In this document: positions 50,770 through 62,884 of the stretch, piece after piece
Layout: each line of letters begins with the position of its first letter
How positions within the stretch are numbered: the stretch's first letter is position 1
NCBI GenBank assembly: GCA_951406725.2
Contig: OX597816.1
Span: 15,996,001 to 16,060,000, forward strand
Reading direction: 5' to 3'
From: Octopus vulgaris
Lineage: Eukaryota
Length of the DNA stretch: 64,000 bases
The notes under the pieces: generated by a model
What the model was told of the DNA's origin: nothing
The model's database searches: none
What the model saw: only the letters and a program-made list of their open reading frames with translations
Translations under genes and position numbers: made by a program

Positions 50770-51397
50770 ACAAGTGCCTGTCCAACAGTGATTTCATCAT
50801 TCATACTCTCAACAATACGCTCTTAAATATGGTTTCTGATTACAAGGATATTACATATCATCATCTGAAAAAGATTTTCTAACTAGAAAGGGTATGGCCT
50901 GGTCAGCCTGTAATGATATGCATAAGATCTGATCATCAAATCTAAGTAGAGATTTCAAACTTAAAATCTTCAAAGCCACAGTCGAACCAATTCTACTATA
51001 TGGCTCAGAAACCTGGACTTTATCAAAGAAGCTTGAGAGGCGGTTGGATGGAACTTACACTCGCCTCCTTATGAGAGCTCAAAATTTCTCATGGAAGCGT
51101 CATCTGACCAAAGTATAAATATATGGGAAATTACCACCTGTATCATCTCTTGTGAAAGGTAGAAGAGTCCAGTTTGCTGGACATTGTTGTAGAGCTGAAA
51201 ATGAGGTAATTTCTACTGTTCTCCTCTGGAAGCCATCTGCTCGCGATACCAGAGGGCGCACACTCTCCTACCCTGATGTAATCTCCAGGGATACAGGCAT
51301 CCAGCGACAGGACCTCCGTAATGCTATGATGGACCATGAGGTCTGGCGTTACATAGTAAATTCCATTGTCTCAACCATGGTCGAACAATGATGATGA
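50770..51397 (+). mobile_element. RTE-type LINE 3' fragment, inserted in a family A SINE
   Basis: FKATVEPILLYGSETWTL...RRVQFAGHC...; (TGA)n tail; internal stop codon. Confidence 0.85.
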
Positions 51398-51960
51398 CTT
51401 AGAAGTTTGACAAAAGAATTTGATAGAATAAGTAGCTGAGTTAAAAGTAAGTCCTGGGGTTAATTTATTTGATTGACTTTATGAAACTGTAAAAGTGGTA
51501 TGAGGCCCTCCACACCAAACATGTGCACTGCTGGTGGAAGATTATTCTCTACAGACAAGGTGCTCACGCTGAAGTAATTGTTGGAACATTTTCAGGCTCT
51601 CATCAATGCCACCTTCGATATAATCCAGAAATGGATCACTTCTCACAACCATCAGGAATTAACAGAACTGTGCAGGATTCCAACCACAGAAAACACGGTT
51701 GAAAAATAGAAAGTCATCAGGGACTTATGAAGTCCCTTCAGAATCAGGGAAGAATTAGGGCTCCAAGGTTGTACACCAAACATCAGTTTTTTTCTCTGCT
51801 ACAGGTTGCAAAGACAACTAACTCAGGATTTCCATAATGCAATCATTGCCTGGAAGCCACTCTTTGTCAATGATAATGAATTTGTTGTTTGCATATAGAC
51901 CACCCTGTAGCGTATAGGATCCTTCTGCCTAGATCTTTGAAATGGAAATCAGCATAGATT

Positions 51961-52131
51961 TAGGCGTAGGTGTGGCTGTGTAGTAAGTAGCTTGCTTACC
52001 AACTACACGGTTCAGGGTTCAGTCCCACTACATGTCACCTTGGGCAAGTGTCATCTACTATAGCTTCGAGCCGACCAAAGCCTTGTGAGTGGATTTGGTT
52101 GACAGAAACTGAAAGAAGCCCGTCGTATATA

Positions 52132-52180
<49 letters not shown>

Positions 52181-52430
52181 ATATTTATGTATGTATGTAT
52201 ATATTTATGTATGTATGTGTGTATATGTTTGTCTCCCCAACTTCGCTTGACAACCGATGCTGGTGTCTATACGCCCCATAACTTAGCGGTTTGGCAAAAG
52301 AGACTGATAGAATAAGTACTAGGCTTACAAAGAATAAGTCCTGGGATCGATTTGCTCAATCGACTAAAGGCAGTGCTCCAGCATGGCCACAGTCAAATAA
52401 CTGAAACAAGTAAAAGAATAAAAGAGTAAA
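51961..52430 (+). mobile_element. SINE family A
   Basis: Family match. Confidence 0.88.
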
Positions 52431-52454
52431 ATAGTTAAGTTCCTTTAATAGATA

Positions 52455-53121
52455 TATATTGATTTTGGAACTGCTACTTTGGAAAATAGAGACTTTAAGG
52501 GGCATCCTATGTGAAGCAAGACCTGAAAGACTTTGGGTTGGCATGTGTTGACAATGTTACTATAATAGTATCAGATGGCGCAAGAATGTATCTGGTGGAC
52601 ATGTCTGAAAGGATTAGAGATGAACACTTCCCTCTCTGGTCAATCTCTCATCAACTTCTTCAAGTATCACTTGAAAAGGAAAGTGAAAGTAGAGAGGCAA
52701 GTTTTGTCTAGTGAATGTTTCAAGAAAAGATGGGTGAATGTAACAAGGATGGCACTTATGAATGATGAAGCCACCTTGAGCATAATCCTACGAACCTGGA
52801 AAACTTTAAAACAGAGAATTACTTACTGCAAATAAATGTGTTAACATGTGACATTATTGACCGAGGTTACCGTGGTCTTTTCCATAGGCTTTTCTTTCCA
52901 CGGATAAACCTTATCTGCTTCCCCCTTTACACTTTACATCATGACATTCCTGTGATACATGATCCCTATTGATAATTTTTTTCCTTTTTTATTTCTTTCC
53001 TTTTTACAATCCCTTTTGATCGAAAACCTACTCCACTTTTTTTTTTCTCTCCCCAAAAAGAAAAGCTCTACTTTGTAATTTGTCCCGTCTGTGTTCAGCC
53101 CTGTGTGGCTAATAAAGAAAC
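52455..53121 (+). mobile_element. Tx1/L1-like LINE 3' fragment
   Basis: ECIWWT...VERQVLS...FKKRW homologous to the 32.4-32.7 kb ORF; similar 3' terminus. Confidence 0.6.
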
Positions 53122-53162
53122 ATATAGTATCAGACACCAAGCACATTGAGGTAATCAGTATT

Positions 53163-53572
53163 GGCGCAGGAGTGGCTGTGTGGTAAGTAGCTTGCTAACC
53201 AACCACTTGGTTCTGGGTTCAGTCCCACTGCGTGGCATCTTGGGCAAGTATCTTCTGCTATAGCCTCGGGCTGACCAAAGCCTTGTGAGTGGATTTGGTA
53301 GACGGAAACTGAAAGAAGCCTGTCGTATATATGTATATATATATGTATGTGTCTGTATATGTTTGTGTGTCTGTGTTTGTCCCTCTAGCATTACTTGACA
53401 ACCGATGCTGGTATGTTTATGTCCCCGTCACTTAGCGGTTCGGCAAAAGAGACCGATAGAATAAGTACTGGGCTTACAAAGAATAAGACCCGGGGTTGAT
53501 TTGCTCGACTAAAGGCGGTGCTCCAGCATGGCCGCAGTCAAATGACTGAAACAAGTAAAAGAGCGAAAGAGA
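53163..53572 (+). mobile_element. SINE family A
   Basis: Family match. Confidence 0.9.
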
Positions 53573-53999
53573 GATTGCTCTATGGGACTACAGGGCAGTG
53601 ACAGGAGCAGAAATTAATCAGGGAAAATCAGAGGGCCTGCACTTGGAGAAGCAGATCTATGCAATTCAGCAATTTGTGGGGCACTGGATGGACAGACTGG
53701 TTAACTTGTTCAGGATTTGGTTTAGTCCAGATCTTCAGGAGGACAAGAACTGGGATGATTTGAGTTGAGTCAAGACTATTTCAGGTGTTGATGTGTTGAC
53801 GTAATATAGCATACCACAATAGCATGATTCAAAATATTTATATTCCTGCATAAAATATGACTAATATTATTTAATTACTGTAGAGAATATGAGACAACAA
53901 AAGTTATTTTTGGATATATGTAAACTTCCCCATTACCAGGCTAACATGCGAAAGCATGTCCTGTGATGAGGCCCCAGCTGGGGGAGTTTGGGGATTATG

Positions 54000-54829
54000 G
54001 AGAACAATATCAGACAATACAATTCTACATTTCAAATGACATCATTTGGTGCATCTAAGGAGGTAGTTGAACATGGATTTATGCCAATGTTCAAAGTTCA
54101 AGGTCGAGTCTATCACCTCATTGCTTCCCTGTTACTCACAAATGTACTGTGGTGTTAGCGGTGTTATGGGCTGTGATGATCTATGTGGTGTTGGTGGAGA
54201 GGATGACAGATGAGGTGAATGGAAGTAAGGCTTGCAGGGCCCGGCAGAAGTGTGAAAGGGGCATGCGTGGGCAGGAAGCACATGTGGTTAGGAAGCACGT
54301 GTGGTGAGTTCCAGCAAAGATGATGCAGAGACAAGACGTGTTTAATTCGTGAGAGTGACCGCTGATTTCGCCGAGGTCAACAGGTAAGGCCCTTTGTATT
54401 TCTTTCTCCCGCTTGCTTCTTTTTTTCTGTTGTCCTCTTCGTCCATCACACTACATGTACAACTACACTTCCTCCAAATTTACTTCGTGAGTGACATAGG
54501 ACAAGAAACCCAAAGCAGGCGTCAATACTTCAGACGACGGGTCATGTTAGATACAGCGCCAACTGCCGCAAAAGAGGGTCTATTCACTGACAGCTTTGCA
54601 ATGTGTTTAAAAATCACATACCCCATACACCCAATTTCCATGACTGGTTAGGGCCTGGAGTACTCCAAACAGAGGCATGGCTTGTCGCTTAGTCGAATTA
54701 GCCCATCATTTACTCCACAAATGTTTCGTTGTCAATGCTGCACATTCCCGTATCACCTGTTTCAACATAACTGTAATATGTATACAAACAATGCCATTTT
54801 AATCCCAAGCAATGGGATTGCTGTGCTAG
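54000..54829 (+). mobile_element. Helitron RepHel remnant with 3' terminus
   Basis: NIRQYNSTFQMTSFGA...FMPMFKVQGRVYHLIASLL (54000-54135); hairpin CCCAAGCAATGGG plus CTAG|T at about 54803-54829. Confidence 0.7.
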
Positions 54830-54959
54830 TATATATATAAAATATGAATTAGAGTTAAAATCACTATTATGCAACTCAAACAGTGATAGACATAAACCAA
54901 TATATAATTAACAAATAATATAAAAATAATTAATATAATATATAATATATATGCTATCA

Positions 54960-55350
54960 AGAGTGGCTGTGTGGTAAGTAGCTTGCTAACCAGCCACATG
55001 GTTCCGGGTTCAGTCCCACTGCGTGGCATCCTGGGCAAGTGTCTTCTGCTATAGCCCCGGGCCGACCAATGCATTCTGAGTGGATTTGGTAGACGGAAAC
55101 TGAAAGAAGCCTGTTGTATATATGTATATATATATATGAATGTGTGTGTATGTGTGTCTGTGTTTGTCCCCCTAGCATTGCTTGACAACCAATGCTGGTG
55201 TGTTTACGTCTCCGTCACTTAGCGATTCGGCAAAAGAGACCGATAGAATAAGTACTGGGTTTACAAAGAATAAGTCCCGGGGTCGATTTGCTCGACTAAA
55301 GGCGGTGCTCCAGCATGGCCGCAGTCAAATGACTGAAACAAGTAAAAGTG
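54960..55350 (+). mobile_element. SINE family A
   Basis: Family match. Confidence 0.9.
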
Positions 55351-55666
55351 TAATATAATAATTTTTTTTTTTCATATTATATATATATATATGTATGTAT
55401 GTATAAGGGGTTTGTATGATTGTGTAAAGAGGAATATATTATTCAAAGGAATTCCAACTCTGTTTTTTATGTTTTATTTATATTTTTATAATATTAATGT
55501 AGGATATAGAATATATAATATAAATAGTATACGTAGTAAAATGAAATGAAGTATTGGTTGTCTTATTGAATAGATGAAATATTGAGTATCAAATATTAGG
55601 GGACTAGTATACTTTCTTGCATTTAAGCAGTCTTCAAGGTCCCAGGTTGTGACAGGAATGTTTCAA

Positions 55667-55707
<41 letters not shown>

Positions 55708-55792
55708 GTAGGTCCCGGGTTGATTCGGGGTTAACCACAGTAAATAAGGTACTCAATACATAGCAGAGTAAAATTAATTTATTATATAGAAG

Positions 55793-55845
55793 GAGCTTCT
55801 ACAGGACTAGAACTGTTTCATTCAAGAGAAATCATCAGGAAGCTC
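55793..55845 (-). ncRNA. Type I hammerhead ribozyme fold
   Basis: Minus strand: GAGCTTC CTGATGA TTTC TCTT GAAT GAAA CAG TTCTAGTC CTG TA GAAGCTC; 7-bp stem I, 3-bp stem III, GUA site; weak stem II. Confidence 0.65.
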
Positions 55846-55996
55846 ATATATATATGACCACATATATATATAACCACATATATATATATATTGATTATAA
55901 TCATCCCATTTGATTTATATGGATAATACCATACCAAATTCTGGTGCCTTTAACTTAAGTACCATATTCATCGGAATATATATATATATATATATA

Positions 55997-56393
55997 CTAG
56001 TAGTATCACCCGGCGTTGCTCGGGTTTGTAAAGGGAAATAACTATATAAGCATTTTTAGAGATGTAAAGTATAATAGCCATCTCAATATGGTTAACCACA
56101 AAGTGGGGGTGTTACTGTAGCTTTTTACATTCTGAGATTTAATAATACATTTTTAGAGAGTTACTTCCCTTATATAATAGCAAAACAATGCATTAAAAAT
56201 GGGAAAAAATGATGTTAAATTATTTTTAAAATCGTAGACTCATCGTAGACGCGCGCTAATACCCAGAAGGGCTCGATATGAATCACGACTATAAGATACC
56301 CGGTTTTGGTTACACTGCACCGCAAAATGTGGGAGTAGTTAGGAATCTAAATCGTAGGAGACAGACACACAACTTTACTTTTATATATAAAGA
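55997..56393 (-). mobile_element. Non-autonomous Helitron (same family)
   Basis: Same termini and body. Confidence 0.85.
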
Positions 56394-56990
56394 TATACAT
56401 GAAGAGAGAGAGAGAGAGAGGTGGGGTGTTCCTGCAAGGAATTTAGTTGATTAGTAGCAAGAACAGAATGCGAAAAAATAAAAAATAGCTTTTGCATTCA
56501 ACCAAGTTTCTCCTTCACATCTTTTTCTGTCCTTTTTCATGATACCTCTCTCCCTCTCTCTGGCTGGGTAACCATGTACTTCCTCTATAGCAAGACACCT
56601 GCTTCCGCCTCATCGTCACACTCTAATCTTTCATCATCTGACACAAGATCACCTCTTTTGATGCCCCCATCCCTCTCAAAAATCCTTGTCTTGCAAGCTA
56701 CTTTGTGACCCTGCCAGTGCTGGTCCTCACAGTGCATCCGGTCCTCACTGTAAAGTGGATAGCATTTGGAAGAGCATCAAGCTGTAAAAAACATGTTAAA
56801 ACTGACCTCACCCATGCTGATACCATGTAAAAAGCATTTAATCCACTCTTCAGGGTGGTTCACATTAGGTTGGGCATCCAGCTGTAAAAACCATGCCAAA
56901 ACAGATGCAGTAACTTGGGGTAGTCTTCTAGCTGACCACCCCCTGTGAAACTGTCCAACCCATGCTAACATAGAAGGCAGATAGTGATGA

Positions 56991-57412
56991 AGGCGTTGAG
57001 CTGGCAGAATCGTTAGCATGCTGGGCGAAATGCATAGCGGTATTTCGTCTGTCTTTACGTTCTGAGTTCAAATTCCGCCGAGGTTGACTTTGCCTTTCAT
57101 CCTTTCGGGGTCGATAAATTAAGTACCAGTTATGCATTGGGGTCGATATAATCGACTTAATCAGTTTGTATGTCCTTGTTTGTCCTATCTGTGTTTAGCT
57201 CCTTGTGGGTAGTAAAGAAATAGGTATTTCATCTGTCTTTACGTTCTGAGTTCAAATTCCGCTGAGGTTGACTTTGCCTTTCATCCTTTCGGGGTCGATA
57301 AAATAAGTACCAGTTACTCACTGGGGTCGAAATAATTGACTTAATCCGTTTGTTTTGTCTATCCTTGTTTGTGCCCTCTGTGTGTAGTCCCTTGTGGGAA
57401 ATAAAGAAATAA
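56991..57412 (+). mobile_element. SINE family C tandem dimer
   Basis: Same GAAATA|GGTATTTC junction near 57222. Confidence 0.88.
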
Positions 57413-57417
57413 GATAG

Positions 57418-57463
<46 letters not shown>

Positions 57464-57696
57464 AATGATTGTATAAGTTTTCACTTGAAATTCTTTCATT
57501 GGCAAAAACCCAACTTTCTTTTTATCTTTAACAACTTGAAACAGGATGTTATTTTTATGACAGCACAGCAAAACATACTTATACACATATGTACACATAC
57601 ACACATACAAACATAAATACATGCATACATACATATAGATATATATATATCATCATCATTATCATCATTGTTTATATATACATACATACATACATA

Positions 57697-58165
57697 TATC
57701 ATCATCATCATCATCGTTTAACGTCCGTTTTCCATGCTACCATGGGTTGGACGGTTCGATCGGGGTCTGGGAAGCCAGGAGGCTGCACCAGGCTCCAGTC
57801 TGATCTGGCAGTGTTTCTACAGCTGGATGTCCTTCCTAACGCCAACCACTCCGTGAGTGTAGTGGGTGCTTTTTACATGCCACCGGCACAGAAGCCAGTC
57901 GAGGCGGCACTGGCATCGGTCACGTTCGGATGGTGCTTTTTACATGCCACTGGCACAGAAGCCAGTCAAGGCAGCGCTGGCATCGGCCACGTTCGGATGG
58001 TGCTTTCTACGTGCCACCGGCACAGGTATCACAACTACTATTTCCATTTGATATTTATTTCGATGTTCATGTACTTGACTCAATAGGTCTCCTCAAGCAC
58101 AGCAGGTTGTTCTGAAATCCAAGATACTTTGAATGGGCTGGGGCTATGCGGCACTGGTGCAGGAA
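57697..58165 (-). mobile_element. Family B element
   Basis: Family match. Confidence 0.85.
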
Positions 58166-58249
58166 GCAGCCCGGGTCTATGCAGTATATATATATATATA
58201 TCATCATCATCATCGTTTAACGTCCGTTTTCCATGCTAGCATGGGTTTG

Positions 58250-58723
58250 TGAACACCTGACAAATGAAGTGAGTTCATGGCTCGCAGGATGGCCTGCTGT
58301 GCTAACCTTGGATCATAAGGTGACACGCTGCGCTTGAGGAGAGCTACTGAGTCAAGTACATCAAAATCAACATCAAAATAAAAAAAATCAAATGGAAATT
58401 GTAGTTGTGACCCCCGTGCTTGTGGCACATAAAAAGCACCATTCGAACATGGCCGATGCCAGCACTGCTTGACTGGCATCCGTGTCGGTAACATGTAAAA
58501 AGCACCAACCGATCGTGGCCATTTGCCAGCCTCCCCTGGCACCTGTGCCGGTGGCACGTAAAAACCACCCACTATACTCACAGAGTGGTTGGTGTTAGGA
58601 AGGGCATCCAGCTGTAGAAACATTGCCAGATCAGACTGGAGCCTGACGCAGCCTCCTTGCTTCCCAAACCCCGGTCGAACCATCCAACCCATGCTAGCAT
58701 GGAAAACAGACGATGATGATGAT
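58250..58723 (+). mobile_element. Family B element, head-to-head with the previous copy
   Basis: Family match in the opposite orientation. Confidence 0.85.
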
Positions 58724-58810
58724 ACATACATTTAAATACGCACGCACATATATATTACACACATACACATATATATATATATATACAGTATGTATACGTG
58801 CAGTAGTCAT

Positions 58811-59067
58811 TCTTTTATTTGTTTCAGTCATTTGACTGTGGCCATGCTGGAGCACCACCTTTAGCCGAGCAACTCAACCCCAGGACTTATTCTTTGTAAG
58901 CCTAGTACTTATTCTATTGGTATCTGTTGCCGAATTGCTAAGTGACGGGTATGTAAACACACCAGCAGCGGTTGTCAAGCGATGTTGGGGGGTGGGGAAC
59001 ACAGACACAAACATATGCATCATCATCATCATCACCATCATCATCATCGTTTAGCGTCCGTTTGAAC

Positions 59068-59101
<34 letters not shown>

Positions 59102-59465
59102 CATATGTTTGTGTCTGTGTTCCCCACCCCCCAACATCGCTTGACAACCGCTGCTGGTGTGTTTACATCCCCGTCACTTAGCAGTTCGGCAAGAGAGACC
59201 GATAGAATAAGTACTAGGCTTACAAAGAATAAGTCCTGGGGTCAAGTTGCTCGTCTAAAGGTGGTGCTCCAGCATGGCCACAGTCAAATGACTGATATAT
59301 ATACGACGGGCTTCTTTCAGTTTCCATCTACCAAATCCACTCACAAGGCTTTGGTTGGCCCGAGGCTATAGTAGAAGACACTTGCCCAAGGTGCCATGCA
59401 GTGGGACTGAACCTGGAACCATGTGGTTGATAAATAGGCTACTTACCACACAGCCACTACTGCAC
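58811..59465 (-). mobile_element. SINE family A carrying an internal inverted duplication
   Basis: 3' half present twice in opposite orientation (58824-59050 and 59063-59295), then the 5' half. Confidence 0.85.
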
Positions 59466-59562
59466 CGATCTATTTATTTTTTGTGTTAAAGCCTGCTATT
59501 TATTATTTCGGCTCTTTTGTAAACGCCCTAGTTACCAAGTGGTCAAGTAGTGAGTAAACAAA

Positions 59563-59600
<38 letters not shown>

Positions 59601-59666
59601 TACACATATATCATCATATCATTAAATGATGATGATGATGATGATTATATATACATATATCATCAC

Positions 59667-59702
<36 letters not shown>

Positions 59703-59705
59703 TAA

Positions 59706-59737
<32 letters not shown>

Positions 59738-60495
59738 ATAAATATATACAGATGTGTGTGTGTGTGTGTGTGTATGTATGTGCGTGCCTATGTTTATATA
59801 TATCTATATCTAAATATGTGAGTGTGTGTGTGAACATACATGTGTGCATAGATTTGAGAATAAATATATATCAAACAATGATGACATATATATATATATA
59901 TATATATATCTTCACAAATTATTAAAACGTATATGTTCACACGCGCACACACACACACACATATTTAGATATCAGTATATGTAAACATAAACACATCCAC
60001 ACACACAACCACATGCACACACACACACACAACACACACACGTCCACGCCTCCATTCACACACTTTTAAATATCACTGAACTTCTGGGTTTTCCCAGTAA
60101 GTAGATATGGAGGGAAATATCAGTCACAGGAAAAACCCAGTGTGAAAACCAGATTATGTAAATATTTCTCTTTTCTTTTATCTTTTACTTGTTTGATGCA
60201 CTTTATTGAGGCCATGCTGGATCACTGCTTTGAAAGGTTGAATTCAGGAGTGACCCAACTGATCCCACAGGCTGATAGACTCTTTTGTAAAAAATTATAT
60301 AAAATTTACACAGAAAATTGTATATATATATTTGTGGCATAGGTCATGTTTCAACTACGACTTAAAAATAGTCAGAAATCAGCTGACAATTGTCATTTGA
60401 AGGGAAATTTTGTTACCGCTATAAAACCCATGTTGCTAAGTTTGTACCAACCCCTTGAGACCCGACTACACTCTAGCTGAAAAATATAGGATACC

Positions 60496-60530
<35 letters not shown>

Positions 60531-61329
60531 GTCATCATTTAGCGTCTGTTTTCCATGCTAGCATGGGTTGGACGGTTCAACTGGGGTCTGTGAAGCTGGA
60601 AGGCTTAATATAAATGACCTAAATTCAGTGGTGGCGTTAACGAAGATGTTATGCATTAATTTAATGTGTTAAACCTATTTTTATTAATGTGTATTGAGTT
60701 AGATATATGAGTTAGAACTTGTGATCCGCCCACGGACCTTTTTCTTTAGAAATTTTTGCCTGCCGCACTGAAAAGCTCCCCCACCCCTGGTTTAATCAAT
60801 CCTAGGACTTAGTATTTTTTTGTTTTCAGTCTAGTACTTATTGTATTGATCTCTTATGCTGGACTATTAAGTTACACATCAATACCAGCTGTCAAGTGGT
60901 GGTGCAGGACAAACACACACACATAGATACATAAGTATATGTCCCTGTAAACTGAGTGGTTCAGCAAAAGGCACCAATAGAATAAGCATGAGACTTACAA
61001 AGAATAAATCCTGGGGTTGATTTATTCAACTAAAGGCAATGCTCCAGCATGGTCACAGTCACATGACTAAAAAAAGTAAAACAATAAAAAACTAAACCAT
61101 TTTAATCCCGAGCAATGCCAGGCATCTCTGCTTGTGTGCTGAGACCCCCCTTGGTCATGAATGTTTTGTACTTGATTCTTGGTGAGTCACCTTATTTCTT
61201 ATGTGAGAAGTATTCTACATTATAACCCAGTTTCTCATGTAGGCGAGTTGTGAATCACAACAACCGAAATGTATTTGAATGGGAATGAGGGAAACAGACT
61301 AAAACATAAGGTACCTTTTTGACACAGTG

Positions 61330-62145
61330 TCATCATCATCATCATCATCATCATCATTTAGCGTCCGTTTTCCATGCTAGCATGGGTTGGATGGTTCAAC
61401 TGGGGTCTGTGAAGCCAGAAGGTTGCGCCAGGCCCAGTCTGATCTGGCAGAGTTTCTACGGCTGGATGCCCTTCCTAACGCCAACCACTCCGTGAGTGTA
61501 GTGGGTGCATTTTACGTGCCACCTGCACAGGTGCCAGACGAGGCTGGCAAATGGCCACAATCGGATGGTGCTTTTTACGTGCCACCGGCATGGAGGCCAG
61601 ACGAGGCTGGCAAATGGCCACAATCGGATGGTGCTTTTTACGTGCCACCGGCATGGAGGCCAGACGAGGCTGGCAAATGGCCACAATTGGATGGTGCTTT
61701 TTACGTGCCACCGGCATGGGGGCCAGACGAGGCTGGCAAATGGCCACAATCGGATGGTGCTTTTTACGTGCCACCGGCATGGAGGCCAGACGAGGCTGGC
61801 AAATGGCCACAATCGGATGGTGCTTTTTACGTGCCACCGGCATGGAGGCCAGATGAGGCTGGCAACATCCACAATCAAATGGTGCTTTTTACGTGCCACC
61901 GGCATAGAGGCCAGACGAGGCTGGCAAATGGCCACAATCAGATGGTGCTTTTTACGTGCCACCAGCATGGGGGCCAGACGAGGCTGGCAAATGGCCACGA
62001 TCGGTTGGTGCTTTTTACGTGCCACCGGCATGGAGGCCAGTCGGGGCGGTGCTGGCAACGGCTACGTTCAGATGGTTCTCTTACGTGCCACCGGCACTGG
62101 TATAACAGCTACAATTTCCATTGATGTTGATCGATTTCGATTTTG
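61330..62145 (-). mobile_element. Family B element with about 10 near-identical 63-bp modules
   Basis: Core GGTGC at 61504, 61567, 61630, 61693, 61756, 61819, 61881, 61944, 62007 and a diverged copy near 62073. Confidence 0.9.
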
Positions 62146-62852
62146 CACACTGAACACGGTTTACTTTCAACATCTTTGACAAAATTTCATATTTTAGAAG
62201 TTATTTCATGTTAAAGTTGTCGTATTTGGGTAATTTTAACCAACTAATGATGTGTATTCAGCTCAAGAAAGTTACTTACGTTTGTTTACTGCCTGTGTTG
62301 CATATTACATGTTTTTTTTCCTTTTGGTTCTCATGTTGGAATAACCAGTAAACATCAAACAATCAACACCAAGAAGGAAGAAATATTAGTGGCAGTGACA
62401 AGTTCACTCACTGGCTGGTAGATGATAGTGTAGAAATGTCTGTCTGCCGGTAGAGAGGGAAAGAGTAAGGCATGCATGGTGCTGACTAGAAAGGAAGAAA
62501 GCTTCTCTTCTGTGTCAGTTATGACCAAGGAGCAACACTTTCCCTTAGCGCTCTGCTTGACATACAAATAGAACAGAGTGGTGACATTTAGTAGAGATGA
62601 CCCGGAAGTTGTTTCTCTTTGATTACAATAACAAACAGCAGTAGCTTTTCTTCAACTGAATACACATCACTGATTGGTTAAAATTACCCAAATACAACAA
62701 CTTTCACGTGACTTCTAAAATACGAAATTTTGTCAAAAATGTTGAAAGTGAACCGTGTTCAGCATGAGAAATTACACCAGTATACGAAGTTTCAAACTAT
62801 TTAGTTAAAATAAAAATAATTAAAAAATCTGTGAGCAAAACTGAACAGATCC
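62146..62852. mobile_element. MITE with long (over 130 bp) inverted arms; left end truncated
   Basis: 62146-62280 is the reverse complement of about 62641-62766; related arm at about 49810-50035. Confidence 0.7.
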
Positions 62853-62884
62853 TATATATACATACATACATATATATATATATA

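Noticed and set aside
61387-62179. 200-245-aa repetitive ORFs in several frames
   Set aside because: By-product of a 63-bp (21-codon) tandem module in a SINE-like element; open on both strands and no domain
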